Assembly: GCA_963693365.1 (NCBI GenBank)
Contig: CAVNZM010000007.1
Span: 8,429,962 to 8,493,961 of the forward strand
Source of the DNA: Amoebidium appalachense
Taxonomy: Eukaryota; Protista; Ichthyosporea
Direction: 5' to 3'
DNA length: 64,000 nucleotides
In this document: positions 50,867 to 64,000 of the stretch, piece by piece
How positions within the stretch are numbered: position 1 is the stretch's first letter
How the letters are laid out: each line of letters opens with the position of its first letter
The notes under the pieces: generated by a model
Seen by the model: only the letters and a program-made list of their open reading frames with translations
What the model was told of the DNA's origin: nothing
Database searches by the model: none
Made by a program: the position numbers and the translations under genes

Positions 50867-64000
<13,134 letters not shown>

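Overview
Eukaryotic, intron-rich genomic DNA packed with poly(C)/poly(G) runs and (CA)n/(CT)n microsatellites; almost all ORFs in the supplied track are low-complexity artefacts. An EXOC2/Sec5 with an animal-type N-terminal IPT domain suggests a holozoan, possibly a unicellular relative of animals (inference only). By manual splicing and motif reading I recover seven protein-coding genes: a tandem-CCCH zinc-finger protein (-), a single-RRM SR-like splicing factor (+, 7 exons), a Gbp2/hnRNP M-like two-RRM protein (-, 10 exons, one GC-AG intron), a secreted Kazal inhibitor (-), a secreted histidine phosphatase (+), an AAAP/SLC38-like amino-acid transporter (-, 7 exons) and EXOC2 (+, runs off the window end). 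Mobile DNA includes a 3.1-kb long-TIR element with TA ends and two hAT-type elements with perfect 8-bp TSDs. The most striking feature is a non-coding repeat family with a 452-bp monomer. Its copies share a fixed end (…GCATTCAAA) fused to poly(C) and have variable opposite ends. One locus is an apparently perfect 2.3-unit head-to-tail array, and all 10 loci scored inside introns lie in the sense orientation of the host gene. This fits a poly(C)-targeting, Penelope-like non-autonomous retroelement. Coordinates were counted by hand, and homopolymer lengths may be unreliable.
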